A stretch of 64,000 nt of DNA from an uncultured delta proteobacterium (GCA_963826785.1 CAWGYD010000001.1:448001-512000); one strand, 5' to 3'. Positions 19,882-31,099 are shown, numbered from the stretch's first letter. Numbers and translations are program-made. Notes: generated by a model from the letters alone, not told the origin.

Positions 19882-21575
19882 ATGAGCAGGGACCGGCAGA
19901 ACAAAAACGCCTATTATCAATCCTTGACCCGGAACATGATCCTCACGGTCATCGTTGTGTCGTTTACCCCCATGCTCGTGGTCATCTTCATTCTCTTCCA
20001 GCAATTCGGGCACTCCTACCGGGAAAAGACCTATGCGCATTTGAGCGAACTGGTCCAGAAGCACAAACAGAATATCGATACCTTCCTGGATGAAAAACTC
20101 GCCAACATCCAATTCGTGGCCGCAAACCACACCTTTGACGCCTTGAACAGCGACGAGGCGCTGAAGGAACTGCTGATCAGCCTGCGCCGGCAATACGGCA
20201 ATGTGTTCGTGGACCTGGGGCTCATCAATGAAAAAGGGCACCAGGTGGCCTATGCGGGCCCCTATGAACTGGGCGATGCGGAATATTCCGGCGCCCAGTG
20301 GTTCAAGAAGGCCATCAACGAAAACTACTACATCAGCGACGTGTTTCTGGGCCTGCGGGGATTTCCCCATTTCATCGTGGCGGTGCGGCGGCAGAACGAT
20401 GAGCAGAAATATCTGCTGCGAAGCACCATCGATTTCATGGCCTTTAACTCCCTGGTGCAGAATCTGCGGGTGGGGAAAACCGGGTTTGCCTTCATTCTCA
20501 ACCGGGAAGGCGAGTTTCAGACCAATCCCGTGGTCGATTTTACCCCCTGCCGGGAGTGCTACCTCTACTTCTGGAAAGAAGTGCAAAAAACCAAAGACAA
20601 TATCCTGACCCTCACGTGGAAGGACCAGACCGGCAAAAAGCAGCTCTACGGCGTGGGGAGCCTGAAAGGCGGCGACTGGCTGCTGATCCTCAAACAGGAG
20701 GCGTCAGATGCGTTTTCGGACCTGACCCGCATGCACTATATCGCCGTCTTTGTTTTCCTGATCGGCGGCGCGGGGATCGTGGCCATGTCGTTTTTGACCT
20801 CCAACCGGATGGTGCGCCGCATCCGGCGGGCCGATGCCGAAAAGGAGCAGATGAACGACCAAATCATCGAAACGGGCAAAATGGCCTCCCTGGGGGAACT
20901 GGCGGCCGGAATCGCCCACGAGATCAACAATCCCGTGGCCATCATGGTGGAGGAAGCCGGATGGATCGGCGATCTGCTGGAAGAAGAGGAGTTTGCCCGG
21001 AGTGAAAACCTGGAGGAATTCAACCGGGCGCTGGTCCAGATCAACACCCAGGGGAAGCGGTGCAAGGAGATCACCCACAAGCTGCTCAGCTTTGCCCGAA
21101 AGACCGATACCACATTAAAAGACGTTCAGATCAACGAACTGATTGTAGAGATCGTCGCCCTTTCCGGCCAGATGGCCCGGTACAACAAGGTCGCCATCCT
21201 CACCGATCTCTCGGAAAATTTGCCTTATATCAGCATCTCCCCATCCGAGATGCAGCAGGTCCTGCTCAATCTGATCAAGAATGCCGTGGACGCCATGGAA
21301 AAAACCGGCGGCACCATCACCATATCCAGCAAGATCAGCAAGCTGGAAAAGGATCACATCGTCATCATCGTGGAAGACGACGGACCGGGAATTCCCGAAT
21401 CCAACCTGCCCCGGATATTCGATCCGTTCTTCACCACCAAGCCGGTGGGGAAGGGCACCGGCCTGGGGCTTTCCATCTGCTACGGCATCATCAACAAAAT
21501 GGGGGGCAAGATCGATGTTCACAGCAAAGTGGGGGAGGGAACCGCTTCCGGGTCTGGATACCGATCCAGAAATAG
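19882..21575 (+). CDS. Cache-type sensor histidine kinase (paralog of 1105), with a 1-bp deletion near the 3' end
   Basis: [33 protein letters not shown]; the expected terminus [12 protein letters not shown] is in a shifted frame from ~21544 (missing C in acc(c)gc). Confidence 0.9.
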
Positions 21576-21584
21576 GAAAAAAAG

Positions 21585-22010
21585 ATGAGCGCGGAGCACA
21601 CGGGAGACCAGCCCATACGGCTGCTTCTGATCGATGACGAGACGGGGTATGTGGATGTCCTGGCCAACCGCCTGGGGAAACGGGGGATTGCCGTGACCAA
21701 GGCATACAGCGGCACACAGGCCATCCAGGCGGTCCGGGGGCATGATTTCGACGTGGCGCTTTTAGACCTCAAGATGGAGGACATGGACGGCATCGAGGTC
21801 TTGAAAGTGTTCAACCGCATGGGCATGGACATGATGGTGATCATGCTCACCGGCCACGGCTCCCAGGAAGCCGCCATGGAAGGGCTGAGAAACGGGGCTT
21901 TTGACTACCTCACCAAGCCCTGCGAACTTGACGAACTCCTGGAGAAGATCATGGCCGCCTATGAAAAGCGCAACGAGACGATTGCCGGAAGAAGCAGAGA
22001 AGATCAATGA
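21585..22010 (+). CDS. Single-domain response regulator
   Basis: LLLIDDE...LLDLKM...MLTGHG...YLTKP. Confidence 0.9.
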   Translation: MSAEHTGDQPIRLLLIDDETGYVDVLANRLGKRGIAVTKAYSGTQAIQAVRGHDFDVALLDLKMEDMDGIEVLKVFNRMGMDMMVIMLTGHGSQEAAMEGLRNGAFDYLTKPCELDELLEKIMAAYEKRNETIAGRSREDQ

Positions 22011-22074
22011 ATGCATCCGCGGTGTGAAAAACGGGCGGATGCGATGGGGTGAACCGCAAAAGGGCAGGTTGTAA

Positions 22075-22479
22075 ATGGAAAAGATCAATTTATTGATCGT
22101 AGACGACGAAGATCGATTTCTGACTTCGACCGCAAAACTGCTGGGCAAAAGAGGATATACCATTTTCACGGCATCCGATGCGGCAAAAGCGCTTAAGGTG
22201 CTGGAAGCCGAAGCGATTCAGCTGGCCCTGCTCGATGTGAAAATGCCGGGGATGAACGGCATCGATCTTCTCCGGGAAATCAAGAAGCGCTGGCCCCTGG
22301 TGGAAGTGGTCATGCTGACCGGGCATGCCACCTTCGATTCGGCCGTGACCGGGCTGAAAACCGGGGCCAGTGATTACCTGATGAAGCCTGCGCACCCCGA
22401 TGAACTGCTCCAGAAGCTCCAGGAGGCCTTTGAGAAGCGAAAGATCAGCGAGGAAAAAATACGCCATGGCAGATCATGA
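22075..22479 (+). CDS. Single-domain response regulator
   Basis: LLIVDDE...LLDVKMPG...MLTGHA...YLMKP. Confidence 0.9.
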   Translation: MEKINLLIVDDEDRFLTSTAKLLGKRGYTIFTASDAAKALKVLEAEAIQLALLDVKMPGMNGIDLLREIKKRWPLVEVVMLTGHATFDSAVTGLKTGASDYLMKPAHPDELLQKLQEAFEKRKISEEKIRHGRS

Positions 22480-22545
22480 CGCATTTAAAAATCTATATCA
22501 ATTTTCAAATGTTAACTTTTCAGCAGCACAGGAGGTGGAATTGAG

Positions 22546-22965
22546 GTGAAAATCCTTTTTGTAGATGATGAACCCGATTTTCTCGAAGTCATCTTGAAAC
22601 GGATGCGAAAGCGGGGCGTGGATGCGACCGGCGTTCAGGACGGCGACGAAGCGGTGGCACTGCTGGAAAAAGACGGTTTCGACGTGGTGGTTTTAGATGT
22701 CAAGCTGGGCGGCGGTGTCAGCGGCATCGATATCTTAAAGCAGATCAAGCAGCGCAAGCCGCTGACCGAGGTCATCATGCTCACCGGGCATGCCCTGCTG
22801 GAGGCGGCCAAGGAGGGAATTGAAAACGGCGCATTCGACTTCATGGTCAAGCCGGCCGGAATCGATGAACTCTTCTACAAAATCTGCGACGCCTGCAAGA
22901 AAAAGACGATTCAGGAAGCAAAGATCAGCTGCATCGAGAAATTAATTAAGGATCCAAATCCATAA
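22546..22965 (+). CDS. Single-domain response regulator
   Basis: ILFVDDE...VLDVKL...MLTGHA...FMVKP; AGGAGG RBS. Confidence 0.9.
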   Translation: MKILFVDDEPDFLEVILKRMRKRGVDATGVQDGDEAVALLEKDGFDVVVLDVKLGGGVSGIDILKQIKQRKPLTEVIMLTGHALLEAAKEGIENGAFDFMVKPAGIDELFYKICDACKKKTIQEAKISCIEKLIKDPNP

Positions 22966-22988
22966 ACATCAACCAAAAAGAGGTTCTT

Positions 22989-24272
22989 ATGAAATTCATC
23001 AGAAAAATGGGTCAATTCATGTACATGGGGGCAAGGGCCCATGCGGATTGGGAAATCCAGACCGCCCGGGTCATTCTGGGGGATCGAAGGCGCATTTTTG
23101 TCCTGGGGCTGATGCTGCTTCCGATCATCATCGGCGGCATCGTGTTTGCCGATGAAGTGGCATCCGGGCTCCCTTCCGTCATCGGCGGCAAAACCGCCTA
23201 CAGCCCTTCCTTTTTCACCCTGCAGATTTTTATCGCCTCCATTCTCATCGGGTTGTGCGCCGGCCTGATCACCGGGTGCATCGGTGCGGGCGGCGGGTTC
23301 ATCATCGCCCCGGCCCTGATGAGCGCGGGCATCAAGGGGATCCTGGCGGTGGGGACCGACCTGTTCCACATCTTTGCCAAGGCGATCATGGGAAGCGTGC
23401 TCCACCGGAAGCTGGGCAACATTTCCGTGTCGCTCGCCGTCACCTTCCTGATCGGGTCCATATTCGGCGCCACGGTGGGCGGACTGATCAACCGGGCGCT
23501 CTACGAACTGAACCCCATCTTCAGCGACGTGTTCATCACCACCATCTATGTCCTGATGCTCGGCATACTGGGAATCTATTCCCTGGTGGACTATTTCCAG
23601 GCCAGAAAAGCGGTTTCGGGAGGCGGTGAGTTCCATGCGGGCAAGGATGAAGGGACCGAAATGGGGAACCTGCCGAAGAGGCTCCAGGCCATGAAGATCC
23701 CCCCCATGGTGACGTTCGATCAGTCCATCGTCCCCGGCGGGCGCCAGATTTCCACCTGGTTTCTGATCCTGAGCGGCTTTTTCGTGGGTCTTGCGGCGGC
23801 GATCATGGGCGTGGGCGGCGGATTTCTGACCTTCCCGATCTTCGTCTATGTCCTGGGGGTCTCCTCCATGACCACCGTGGGAACCGACATTTTCCAGATC
23901 ATTTTCACCGCCGGGTATGCGGCCATCGGCCAGTATGCCATCTATGGTTTTATCTTCTACACCCTGGCCATGGGCATGCTGCTGGGCTCGCTGTTGGGGA
24001 TTCAGATCGGCGCACTGGCCACCCAGGTGGTCAAGGGCATCACCATCCGCGGGTTTTACGCCATGGCGGTCCTTGCCGGGTTCGTCAACCGGTTTTTTGC
24101 ACTGCCGGCCAAACTGGCATCGGTGGGGCTGATCCCGCTGTCAAAGGAGACGGGGAAAATTTTAGACTATTGCGGCATTCTGTTTTTCTTCGTGCTGATC
24201 GGTATTTTCGCGGTCTGGGTCATTTCCACATTCCTGATGAACATTAAAAAACTAAAAGGTCAGGAGGCCTGA
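22989..24272 (+). CDS. TauE/SafE family sulfite/anion exporter
   Basis: GCIGAGGGFIIAP...AVGTDL and AIMGVGGGFLTFP...TVGTDI repeats, multiple TMs. Confidence 0.88.
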   Translation: MKFIRKMGQFMYMGARAHADWEIQTARVILGDRRRIFVLGLMLLPIIIGGIVFADEVASGLPSVIGGKTAYSPSFFTLQIFIASILIGLCAGLITGCIGAGGGFIIAPALMSAGIKGILAVGTDLFHIFAKAIMGSVLHRKLGNISVSLAVTFLIGSIFGATVGGLINRALYELNPIFSDVFITTIYVLMLGILGIYSLVDYFQARKAVSGGGEFHAGKDEGTEMGNLPKRLQAMKIPPMVTFDQSIVPGGRQISTWFLILSGFFVGLAAAIMGVGGGFLTFPIFVYVLGVSSMTTVGTDIFQIIFTAGYAAIGQYAIYGFIFYTLAMGMLLGSLLGIQIGALATQVVKGITIRGFYAMAVLAGFVNRFFALPAKLASVGLIPLSKETGKILDYCGILFFFVLIGIFAVWVISTFLMNIKKLKGQEA

Positions 24273-24276
24273 TATC

Positions 24277-24963
24277 ATGGTAGCCAATAAAAAAGAATTT
24301 GCGCTGGGCGCAGGGATGATGGGCGGATTCATCATCGTGTTCATCCTTTTGTTCATGCCTGTCATCAACGGCCATAATGCCATCAATTACCTGGATGGCC
24401 TGTTCAATTCCATTTCCAAGGGTTCGGCCTACTATATTCCCAGCCTCCGGGAGGAGGTCCAGGCGGTGTCCGGCAAGCAGGTCGACCTGGAGTTGACCCT
24501 TCCTTCTGAGGAAATGGCAATGAACAGCCGGACCATATTGTCGAAAAATGAAATTCCGGCCACCGTGGAAGGGGCCGTTGTCCATGTTCAGGGCGGGCTG
24601 GCCAAAATCCTGGATGCGGCGCTTCAGGATTCGGACAACCTGTTTCACAATGAGGGGGATATCCTCGAAGCCAAGTACGGCATCGAACGCCGGCCGGTGT
24701 TGTATACATGGTGGAATATGTTAAAATCCACGCAGAAGGCGCTAAACGATCAGGAACTCTTCAAGGAAGCCAAAATCACCTATTCCGTGATGACAAAAGC
24801 GGTTGAAACTGCTTATAATTACTATAAGATCGTTCCGGAGAACATGTCCGACAAGGTGGGCATGGTCATCCTGGCGCTGGTCTTTTACGTGGTGTACACC
24901 GTATGGTACGGCTATGCCATCCTGTTCATGTTCGAAGGATGGGGGCTCAAGATCGGCCATTGA
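24277..24963 (+). CDS. Membrane protein (two TMs plus periplasmic domain), probable TauE partner
   Basis: Starts 4 bp after tauE; N- and C-terminal TM helices; FNSISKGSAYYIP motif. Confidence 0.75.
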   Translation: MVANKKEFALGAGMMGGFIIVFILLFMPVINGHNAINYLDGLFNSISKGSAYYIPSLREEVQAVSGKQVDLELTLPSEEMAMNSRTILSKNEIPATVEGAVVHVQGGLAKILDAALQDSDNLFHNEGDILEAKYGIERRPVLYTWWNMLKSTQKALNDQELFKEAKITYSVMTKAVETAYNYYKIVPENMSDKVGMVILALVFYVVYTVWYGYAILFMFEGWGLKIGH

Positions 24964-25067
24964 CGGATGATGAATAAAGGGGGGACGGGATTGCCGGTCC
25001 CCCTGATCCAAAATGCAAAATATTGGCGATTTGACTTTTTGGCCAAGCCTGTTGACCGTGGAATAAA

Positions 25068-27676
25068 ATGGCTGAAGACAACAGCTTCATCGAAAATTTA
25101 AAAAGCCGGTTCCGGAGGAAAAAGCCCGATGCGCCTTCCAACACGGAAGAGCTGCGCATCGACTTCAAGGAACGGTACCATAATTTCAAGCTCCTGCTGA
25201 ACGCCAACAACAAGGCCCTGGAGATCATGGCGGATATCGAACAGGCGCTCGGGGGCAGACAGCCGTTCGGCATGTCGTTTGTCAAGACCAGCTGCCTTTC
25301 CATCACCGTGGACATCCTGCGCCTGCTCAAGCACCTGGAGCAACTCAGCGGCGGAAAGTACAATGCCCTGTACCCGCGCTTCGATGCCATCTGCGCGGAA
25401 ATCCGCAGCCGGATCGAACAGAAAAGAGAAACCAGGGACGATCGGCTGATCATCCCCCTTCCGAAATCGATCGAACCATGGCGGACCTGGTGGGAAGCAA
25501 GATGGCCAACCTCGGAGAGATCGCCAACCGGATAGGCCTGCGGGTTCCCGGTGGATTTGTCATCACGGCCCGGGCATACCAGCTTTTCCTGGATCACAAC
25601 GACCTTCAGAACGAAATCGACAAGCGGTGCCTCACCTGTGACCTCAACGACATGGAGGCGTTCTTCGCCCTCAGCACCGAGATCCGGGAGCTGATCATGG
25701 CCGCCGATATACCCGGGCAGCTCGCCATTGAAATTGAAAAATCCTATGCGACCCTCCGATCCGGCATGGGAAGGCCGATCACCATGGCCTTGAGAAGCAG
25801 CGCCATCGGGGAGGACTCTCCGGAAAATTCCTTTGCCGGGCAATACCGCTCGGAGCTGAACGTCCACCATGAGAACCTGCTGAGCGTCTATAAATCCATC
25901 ATCGCGGGCAAATACGGAGTAAATGCGATAACCTATCGCCAGAACCGGGGGATTCGCGACGAGGACATCGCCATGAGCGTGGGATGCATCGCCATGGTGG
26001 ATGCCCGGTCCGGGGGGGTGATGTATTCCAGAAACCCCATCGATGCCGCCGACAATTCCGTTTTCATCAACTCCGCCTGGGGACTGCCCAAGGCGGTGGT
26101 GGACGGCAGCATCAACTGCGACCTGTTCATCATTGCCCGTTCTCCCCGTCTCCGGCTCACCTACCGGGAAATAAAAGAGAAGCAGTCCCGGTTCACCTGT
26201 TTTTCAGATGAGGGGGTCTGCCGGTTCGAGATGACCGGCGCCGGAAAAGATGACCCTTCCCTCACCGACGATCAGGCGCTGGCACTGGCCGACCTGGCTT
26301 TGCAGATGGAGCAGTATTATGGTTCGGCCCGGGATATCGAATGGGCCATCGACAAGGACGGCGCCATTTACATCCTGCAGTGCCGACCGTTGAAGCAGAT
26401 GGCGGAATCCACAATCGAGTACCCCGAAGCCCTTACCGGTTTGAAGCAGAACGTGATCGCCTCCGGGGGGGAGGTGATCTGCCCGGGGGCCGCTTCCGGC
26501 GAGGTGTTTGTGGTGAACAGTCCCGGGGATATGATGGGTTTTCCCGATCGCGCCATTCTGGTCACCCGCCAGGCGCTCCCCCTGTGGGCCTCTTTGCTCA
26601 ACAAGGCCGCGGCAGTGGTTTCGGAGCACGGGACCTTTGCCGGCCATCTTGCCAACGTGGCCCGGGAATTCAACGTCCCCGCGCTTTTCGGCATCAAGGA
26701 TATCATGGAGCAGCTCAAGAACGGGGACTTGATCACCGTGGATGCGGGCCAGACCACCATATACAGGGGCACGATCGATATCCCCCCGCCTGTCCCCAAA
26801 ACGCCGGTCAACCGGATGGAGGGGAGCCCTGTTTTCAACCTGCTCAAGGAGGTCAGCCAATTCATCGTCCCCTTGAATCTTTTGGATCCCTACGCCCCGG
26901 AGTTCAAACCGGAAAACTGCGCCACCTACCATGACATCACGCGCTTTTCACATGAAAAATCGGTGCAGGAGATGTTCAACTTCGGAAAGGAGCACAATTT
27001 CTCCGAACGCTCCAGCAAACAGCTTTATTACAAGGTCCCCATGCAGTGGTGGATCCTGAACCTGGATGACGGATTCACCGAGGAGATCAAAGGCAAATAC
27101 GTAACCCTTGCCCAGATCGCCTCCATTCCCATGCAGGCCCTGTGGGAAGGGATCATCGCCGTCCCCTGGGAGGGGCCGCCCCCCATCGACAGAAAAGGGC
27201 TCGCTTCGGTGATGTTTCAGTCCACCACCAACCGGGGGCTTGAACCCGGGATGCGCTCGGCCTTTACCGAACGCAATTATTTCATGATATCGAAGAATTT
27301 CTGCAGTTTCACCTCTCGTCTGGGGTATCATTTTTCCATTGTCGAGGCCCTGGTCAGCGAACGGGACATGGAAAACTACATCAGTTTCCAGTTCAAGGGC
27401 GGGGCGGCCGATCAGCACCGCCGGGCCCGGAGGGTTCAGTTTATCGCCGACATCCTCTCCGAACACGGCTTCCGGGTGGAGATCCGGGACGATACCCTCA
27501 TCTCCCGGCTGGAGGGATTCGAAAAAACCTACATGCTGGAGCGGCTCCGGATTCTCGGCTACCTGGTGATGCACACCCGGCAGCTGGACATGATCATGTC
27601 CAACAGCGCCGCCATCAATTACTATCGCTCCAAGATCGACACGGATATCAAGACCCGCCTGATCGGGAGCAACTAA
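25068..27676 (+). CDS. PEP-synthase-like (dikinase-like) protein: ATP-grasp + His-swivel + non-TIM-barrel C-terminus, with a 1-bp deletion at ~25460
   Basis: VGSKMANLGE, ALRSSAIGEDS.ENSFAGQY, DIEWAID, LQCRPL, GTFAGHLANVAREFNVPALFG; no MIEVP/SIGTNDL barrel motifs; ORFs 25068 and 25478 join via ctt(t)cc. Confidence 0.85.
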
Positions 27677-27690
27677 AGGAGTGGCCGTTC

Positions 27691-28197
27691 ATGAGGAACA
27701 AGAAAATCAACCTGCTGTTTGTAGACGATGAAGAGCGATTCCTCGCCTCCATGCGAAAGCGCCTGGAGTCCCGGGATTTCAACGTAACGGCCGTAGACCG
27801 GGGGCAGAAAGCCATCGAAGCGGCACGGGAAAAACCGATGGACATCGCCCTGGTGGATTTAAAAATGCCCGGCATCGACGGAGAGGAAACCCTCCGGTTG
27901 CTCAAGAAGGAGCATCCCTGTATGGAGATCGTCATCCTCACCGGGCACGGCAACATCGATTCTGCCGTGGGGTGCACCCAGAGCGGCGCCTATTCCTACC
28001 TCCAGAAGCCCTGTGAAATGGATCACCTGATGGACGTGCTGAAAAAAGCGTACACGAAGCGGGTGATGAATAAACATCGCATCGAAGAGAAGAAGATGGA
28101 CGAACTGCTCAAGCTGTCCCGGTCGGGTTCGGCCCGGGATATCCTGAAACGGTTAAAGGAAATCGATTCGGGCGCAACGGTTGAGTTCCTGAGATGA
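27691..28197 (+). CDS. Response regulator receiver with short helical tail
   Basis: LLFVDDE...LVDLKMPG...ILTGHG...YLQKP. Confidence 0.9.
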   Translation: MRNKKINLLFVDDEERFLASMRKRLESRDFNVTAVDRGQKAIEAAREKPMDIALVDLKMPGIDGEETLRLLKKEHPCMEIVILTGHGNIDSAVGCTQSGAYSYLQKPCEMDHLMDVLKKAYTKRVMNKHRIEEKKMDELLKLSRSGSARDILKRLKEIDSGATVEFLR

Positions 28198-28319
28198 CGC
28201 CTTTGGATGGATGGCCGGCTATCGCCATTACATGCGCTGCCGCCGAAAATCCGGGGTTTGTGATCATTGCGGATGGAATGGTTCCATCATTTTTTTAAAA
28301 ACCCTGACACTGATGACAA

Positions 28320-28381
28320 CATAAAAATCCGGTTTATGCGGTTGGCGCCTCCAGGTCAAATCGCATGACCGGGTTTTTATG
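28320..28381. terminator. Long imperfect hairpin (probable terminator)
   Basis: cataaaaatccggtttatgcg...cgcatgaccgggtttttatg. Confidence 0.55.
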
Positions 28382-28398
28382 TTTTGGCGGGCAAATCC

Positions 28399-28412
28399 TT
28401 GACGCGCGTCAA
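28399..28412. promoter_or_regulatory. FNR/CRP-like palindrome TTGAC-N4-GTCAA
   Basis: Perfect palindrome ttgacgcgcgtcaa upstream of TATGAT (28442) and the antiporter ATG (28454). Confidence 0.4.
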
Positions 28413-28453
28413 AGCCTCTGGATTTCCTGAATTAAAGGGGTTATGATGCCCAC

Positions 28454-29647
28454 ATGAAGATATTCTTTGCCTCCCTGCTGGTGCTGTTTCTGGCCGTGAG
28501 CGGCTATCACCTGAGCTTCCGCCGGTTAAAGGTGCCGCTGTTCGCCCGCAAGTTCTATCTCACCGGGCTGGAATTTCTGTTTCTGGGGCTTCTGCTCGGC
28601 CCCGGATTTTTGAACATCCTCGATGTGGAAACCCGCTCCAGTCTGGAACCCTTAACCGCGCTGCTGCTGGGCTGGATCGGACTGCTGTTCGGCTTCCAGT
28701 TTGAAATCGCCAAGCTCAGGCGGTTTCCCGCTTCTTTTCTGTCAAGCGCCCTGGTGGAAAGCGGCGTTACCCTGATCATCATCTTCGCCGGGGTGTTTGC
28801 CGCCCTGGCGGTCATCTCCGACGCCCCCGTCCACGCGCGCCTGGTGGCCGCCTTCGCCTTTGCCTGCGCCGGGGCCTGCACGGCCCAGACCGGCCTGGCG
28901 CTGGTTTCCCCCAACACCGCCGGGAAAAATGCCAAAACCATCCGGCTGCTGCGCTACATCGCCGGCATCGACGGCCTGATGGCCATGCTGGTGCTGCTGC
29001 CGGTTTTTATTTACTTTCCGGCCAATTCAGCGGCCGGTTCCCCATGGCGGATCTTCGGGGCGGATACCCTGGTGGCCCTGGTGTCGTTTATCGGAATCCT
29101 GCTGCTGTTCATCCTGTTCCTGGCCCAGCGGCGAGATGAGAGCGAACTCGCCCTGATCACCATCGGCATGGTGATTCTGCTCAGCGGGATTGCGGCCATG
29201 AGGGATTTTTCCCCCCTGATCGCCAATTTTTTTACCGGGCTGTTCCTGGTGAACATCACCCGGGAGAAAGAAAAGATTTTTTCCACACTGGTCAGCATCG
29301 AAAAACCGGTGTACCTGCTGCTGCTGGTCTTTCTGGGAAGCACCTGGCAGCTGGATTCGATCTGGCTGCCGGCGATGGCTGCAGGATATGCCCTGATCCG
29401 GTTGGCCGGGAAGGCGCTCGGCGGCGTTGCCGTCGCCTCGTTTTCCCCGGCCATGCGGGGATATCCGAACACGCTGGGACTGGGCCTGCTGGAGCAGGGG
29501 GGGCTGTCGCTGGCCATCATCTGGGATTTTCAGCAGGGATTCCCCTATCCCATGACCGGTGCGGTGGTGTCCGTGATGCTGCTGGCAGTCATCTTCAACG
29601 ACCTGGCCGGCCCGGCCCTGATGAACCGGCTGCTCCGGAAGGGGTAA
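28454..29647 (+). CDS. Cation:proton antiporter-like membrane protein
   Basis: ~12 TMs, LGLLLGP, GLLFGFQFE, RLAGKALGG, GLLEQGGLSLA. Confidence 0.75.
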   Translation: MKIFFASLLVLFLAVSGYHLSFRRLKVPLFARKFYLTGLEFLFLGLLLGPGFLNILDVETRSSLEPLTALLLGWIGLLFGFQFEIAKLRRFPASFLSSALVESGVTLIIIFAGVFAALAVISDAPVHARLVAAFAFACAGACTAQTGLALVSPNTAGKNAKTIRLLRYIAGIDGLMAMLVLLPVFIYFPANSAAGSPWRIFGADTLVALVSFIGILLLFILFLAQRRDESELALITIGMVILLSGIAAMRDFSPLIANFFTGLFLVNITREKEKIFSTLVSIEKPVYLLLLVFLGSTWQLDSIWLPAMAAGYALIRLAGKALGGVAVASFSPAMRGYPNTLGLGLLEQGGLSLAIIWDFQQGFPYPMTGAVVSVMLLAVIFNDLAGPALMNRLLRKG

Positions 29648-29648
29648 C

Positions 29649-30998
29649 ATGGTTTGGCCATCGAAACAATTCAACCTGGTGTCCTACCTGCTCATTATCG
29701 CCCTGATGGGCGCGTTCGCCTGGGGGTTCTTGCAGGTGGATATCGATTCGGCCCGGCAGAGCGGCGGGCTGATTATTTTTTCACTGGGCTATGTGCTCCT
29801 GGCCGCGTTCGTGATCGCAAAGATCGTCAAGGCGTTCGACCTGCCGCTCATCACCGGCTACATCCTGGCGGGGATCCTGGCCGGCCCCTATGTATCTAAT
29901 TTCCTGGGTACGGAGATGGTCGGCCGCCTGAAGCTGATTGATGAACTGGCGCTTTCCATTATCGCACTGAACGCGGGGGCGGAACTGCGCGTCTCCGCGC
30001 TGAGGGCGCGCGGCCGGTCCATCATTTTGAATATTTTTTTTCTGACGGTGGTGGGGGTGGGCGCGGTCATGGCTTTCGTGATGACGTCGGGGCGGCATTT
30101 TGCGGCCACGGCTGAATTTTCGCCAATGTCGCTGTTTGTTTTCGCCCTGCTGCTGGGCGTCATCTGCGCAGCCCGGTCCCCCGCCTCCGCAATTGCCATC
30201 ATCAACGAATGCAAGGCCAGGGGGCCGTTTACGGACACGGTTCTGGCCGTCTCCATCGTCAAGGACGTGCTGATCATTATCTTGTTCACCATTGCCCTGG
30301 CCGTATCGCGCATGATGATGCAGGGCGGCGGACCGGAGCTCGGGTCGGTTTGCGGGCTGTTCATCGAAGTGGTGCTCTCCATTCTCATGGGACTGCTGCT
30401 GGGAAAGGGGATGTCCGTGTACGTGGACCGGATCGGCCATGATTTCCTGCTTTTCCTGCTGTTCATCGCCTTCGGCGTCACCCGTCTGTCCATGGGGGCG
30501 GACCAGTTCATGCATGACCGGTTTGCCGTATCGCTTCACCTGGAGCCGCTGCTGATCTGCATCAGCGCCGGATTTTTTATCCAGAATTTCAGCCGGAAAG
30601 GCGCCTACCTGATCGAAACCCTGGAGCGCACATCCCTGCCCATTTATGTCCTTTTCTTCTCGCTGGCGGGTGCGGCCCTGGATTTTTCTTCCCTGGCCCT
30701 CTGCCTTCCGCTCGCCCTGGGTGTAGCCGGCGTCCGGATGGCCGGCCTGTTTGCCGGAAGCATGCTTGCCGGCACCTTCGGCCGGGACCCGTATGCCTTT
30801 CGGATCAGCGCCTGGATGGGCTATATCACCCAGGCCGGGGTGTCCGTCGGCCTGGCCCAGATGGTGGCCCGGCAGTTTCCGGAAATTGGCGTGTACCTGA
30901 ACACGGTGGTGCTGGCGGTGATCGCCGTAAACCAGATCATCGGCCCCATCGGCTTTAAATTCGCGCTGGGCTATGTGGGGGAAACATATCGGCGGTGA
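29649..30998 (+). CDS. Cation:proton antiporter (CPA2-like)
   Basis: LPLITGYILAGILAGP, AGAEL, FFSLAGAALD, ITQAGVSVGLA, NQIIGP. Confidence 0.85.
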   Translation: MVWPSKQFNLVSYLLIIALMGAFAWGFLQVDIDSARQSGGLIIFSLGYVLLAAFVIAKIVKAFDLPLITGYILAGILAGPYVSNFLGTEMVGRLKLIDELALSIIALNAGAELRVSALRARGRSIILNIFFLTVVGVGAVMAFVMTSGRHFAATAEFSPMSLFVFALLLGVICAARSPASAIAIINECKARGPFTDTVLAVSIVKDVLIIILFTIALAVSRMMMQGGGPELGSVCGLFIEVVLSILMGLLLGKGMSVYVDRIGHDFLLFLLFIAFGVTRLSMGADQFMHDRFAVSLHLEPLLICISAGFFIQNFSRKGAYLIETLERTSLPIYVLFFSLAGAALDFSSLALCLPLALGVAGVRMAGLFAGSMLAGTFGRDPYAFRISAWMGYITQAGVSVGLAQMVARQFPEIGVYLNTVVLAVIAVNQIIGPIGFKFALGYVGETYRR

Positions 30999-31074
30999 TG
31001 GCGGATGCGCTTTGGCAGGGCAGGGCATGACGTGATTTGATAAAGTCGCAAGGGGTCTGAAAAACCTGAATTTT

Positions 31075-31099
31075 CGTCATTTCCGCGAAGGCGGAAATC
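31075..31099 (+). repeat. REP family B palindrome
   Basis: cgtcatttccgcgaaggcggaaatc; related copies at 34338 and 42725. Confidence 0.6.

Noticed and set aside
25068..25535. Separate 155-aa gene upstream of the dikinase-like ORF
   Set aside because: It joins the downstream ORF by one base at ~25460; treated as one gene
25068..27676. Calling this gene ppsA
   Set aside because: No PEP/pyruvate-binding barrel motifs are visible
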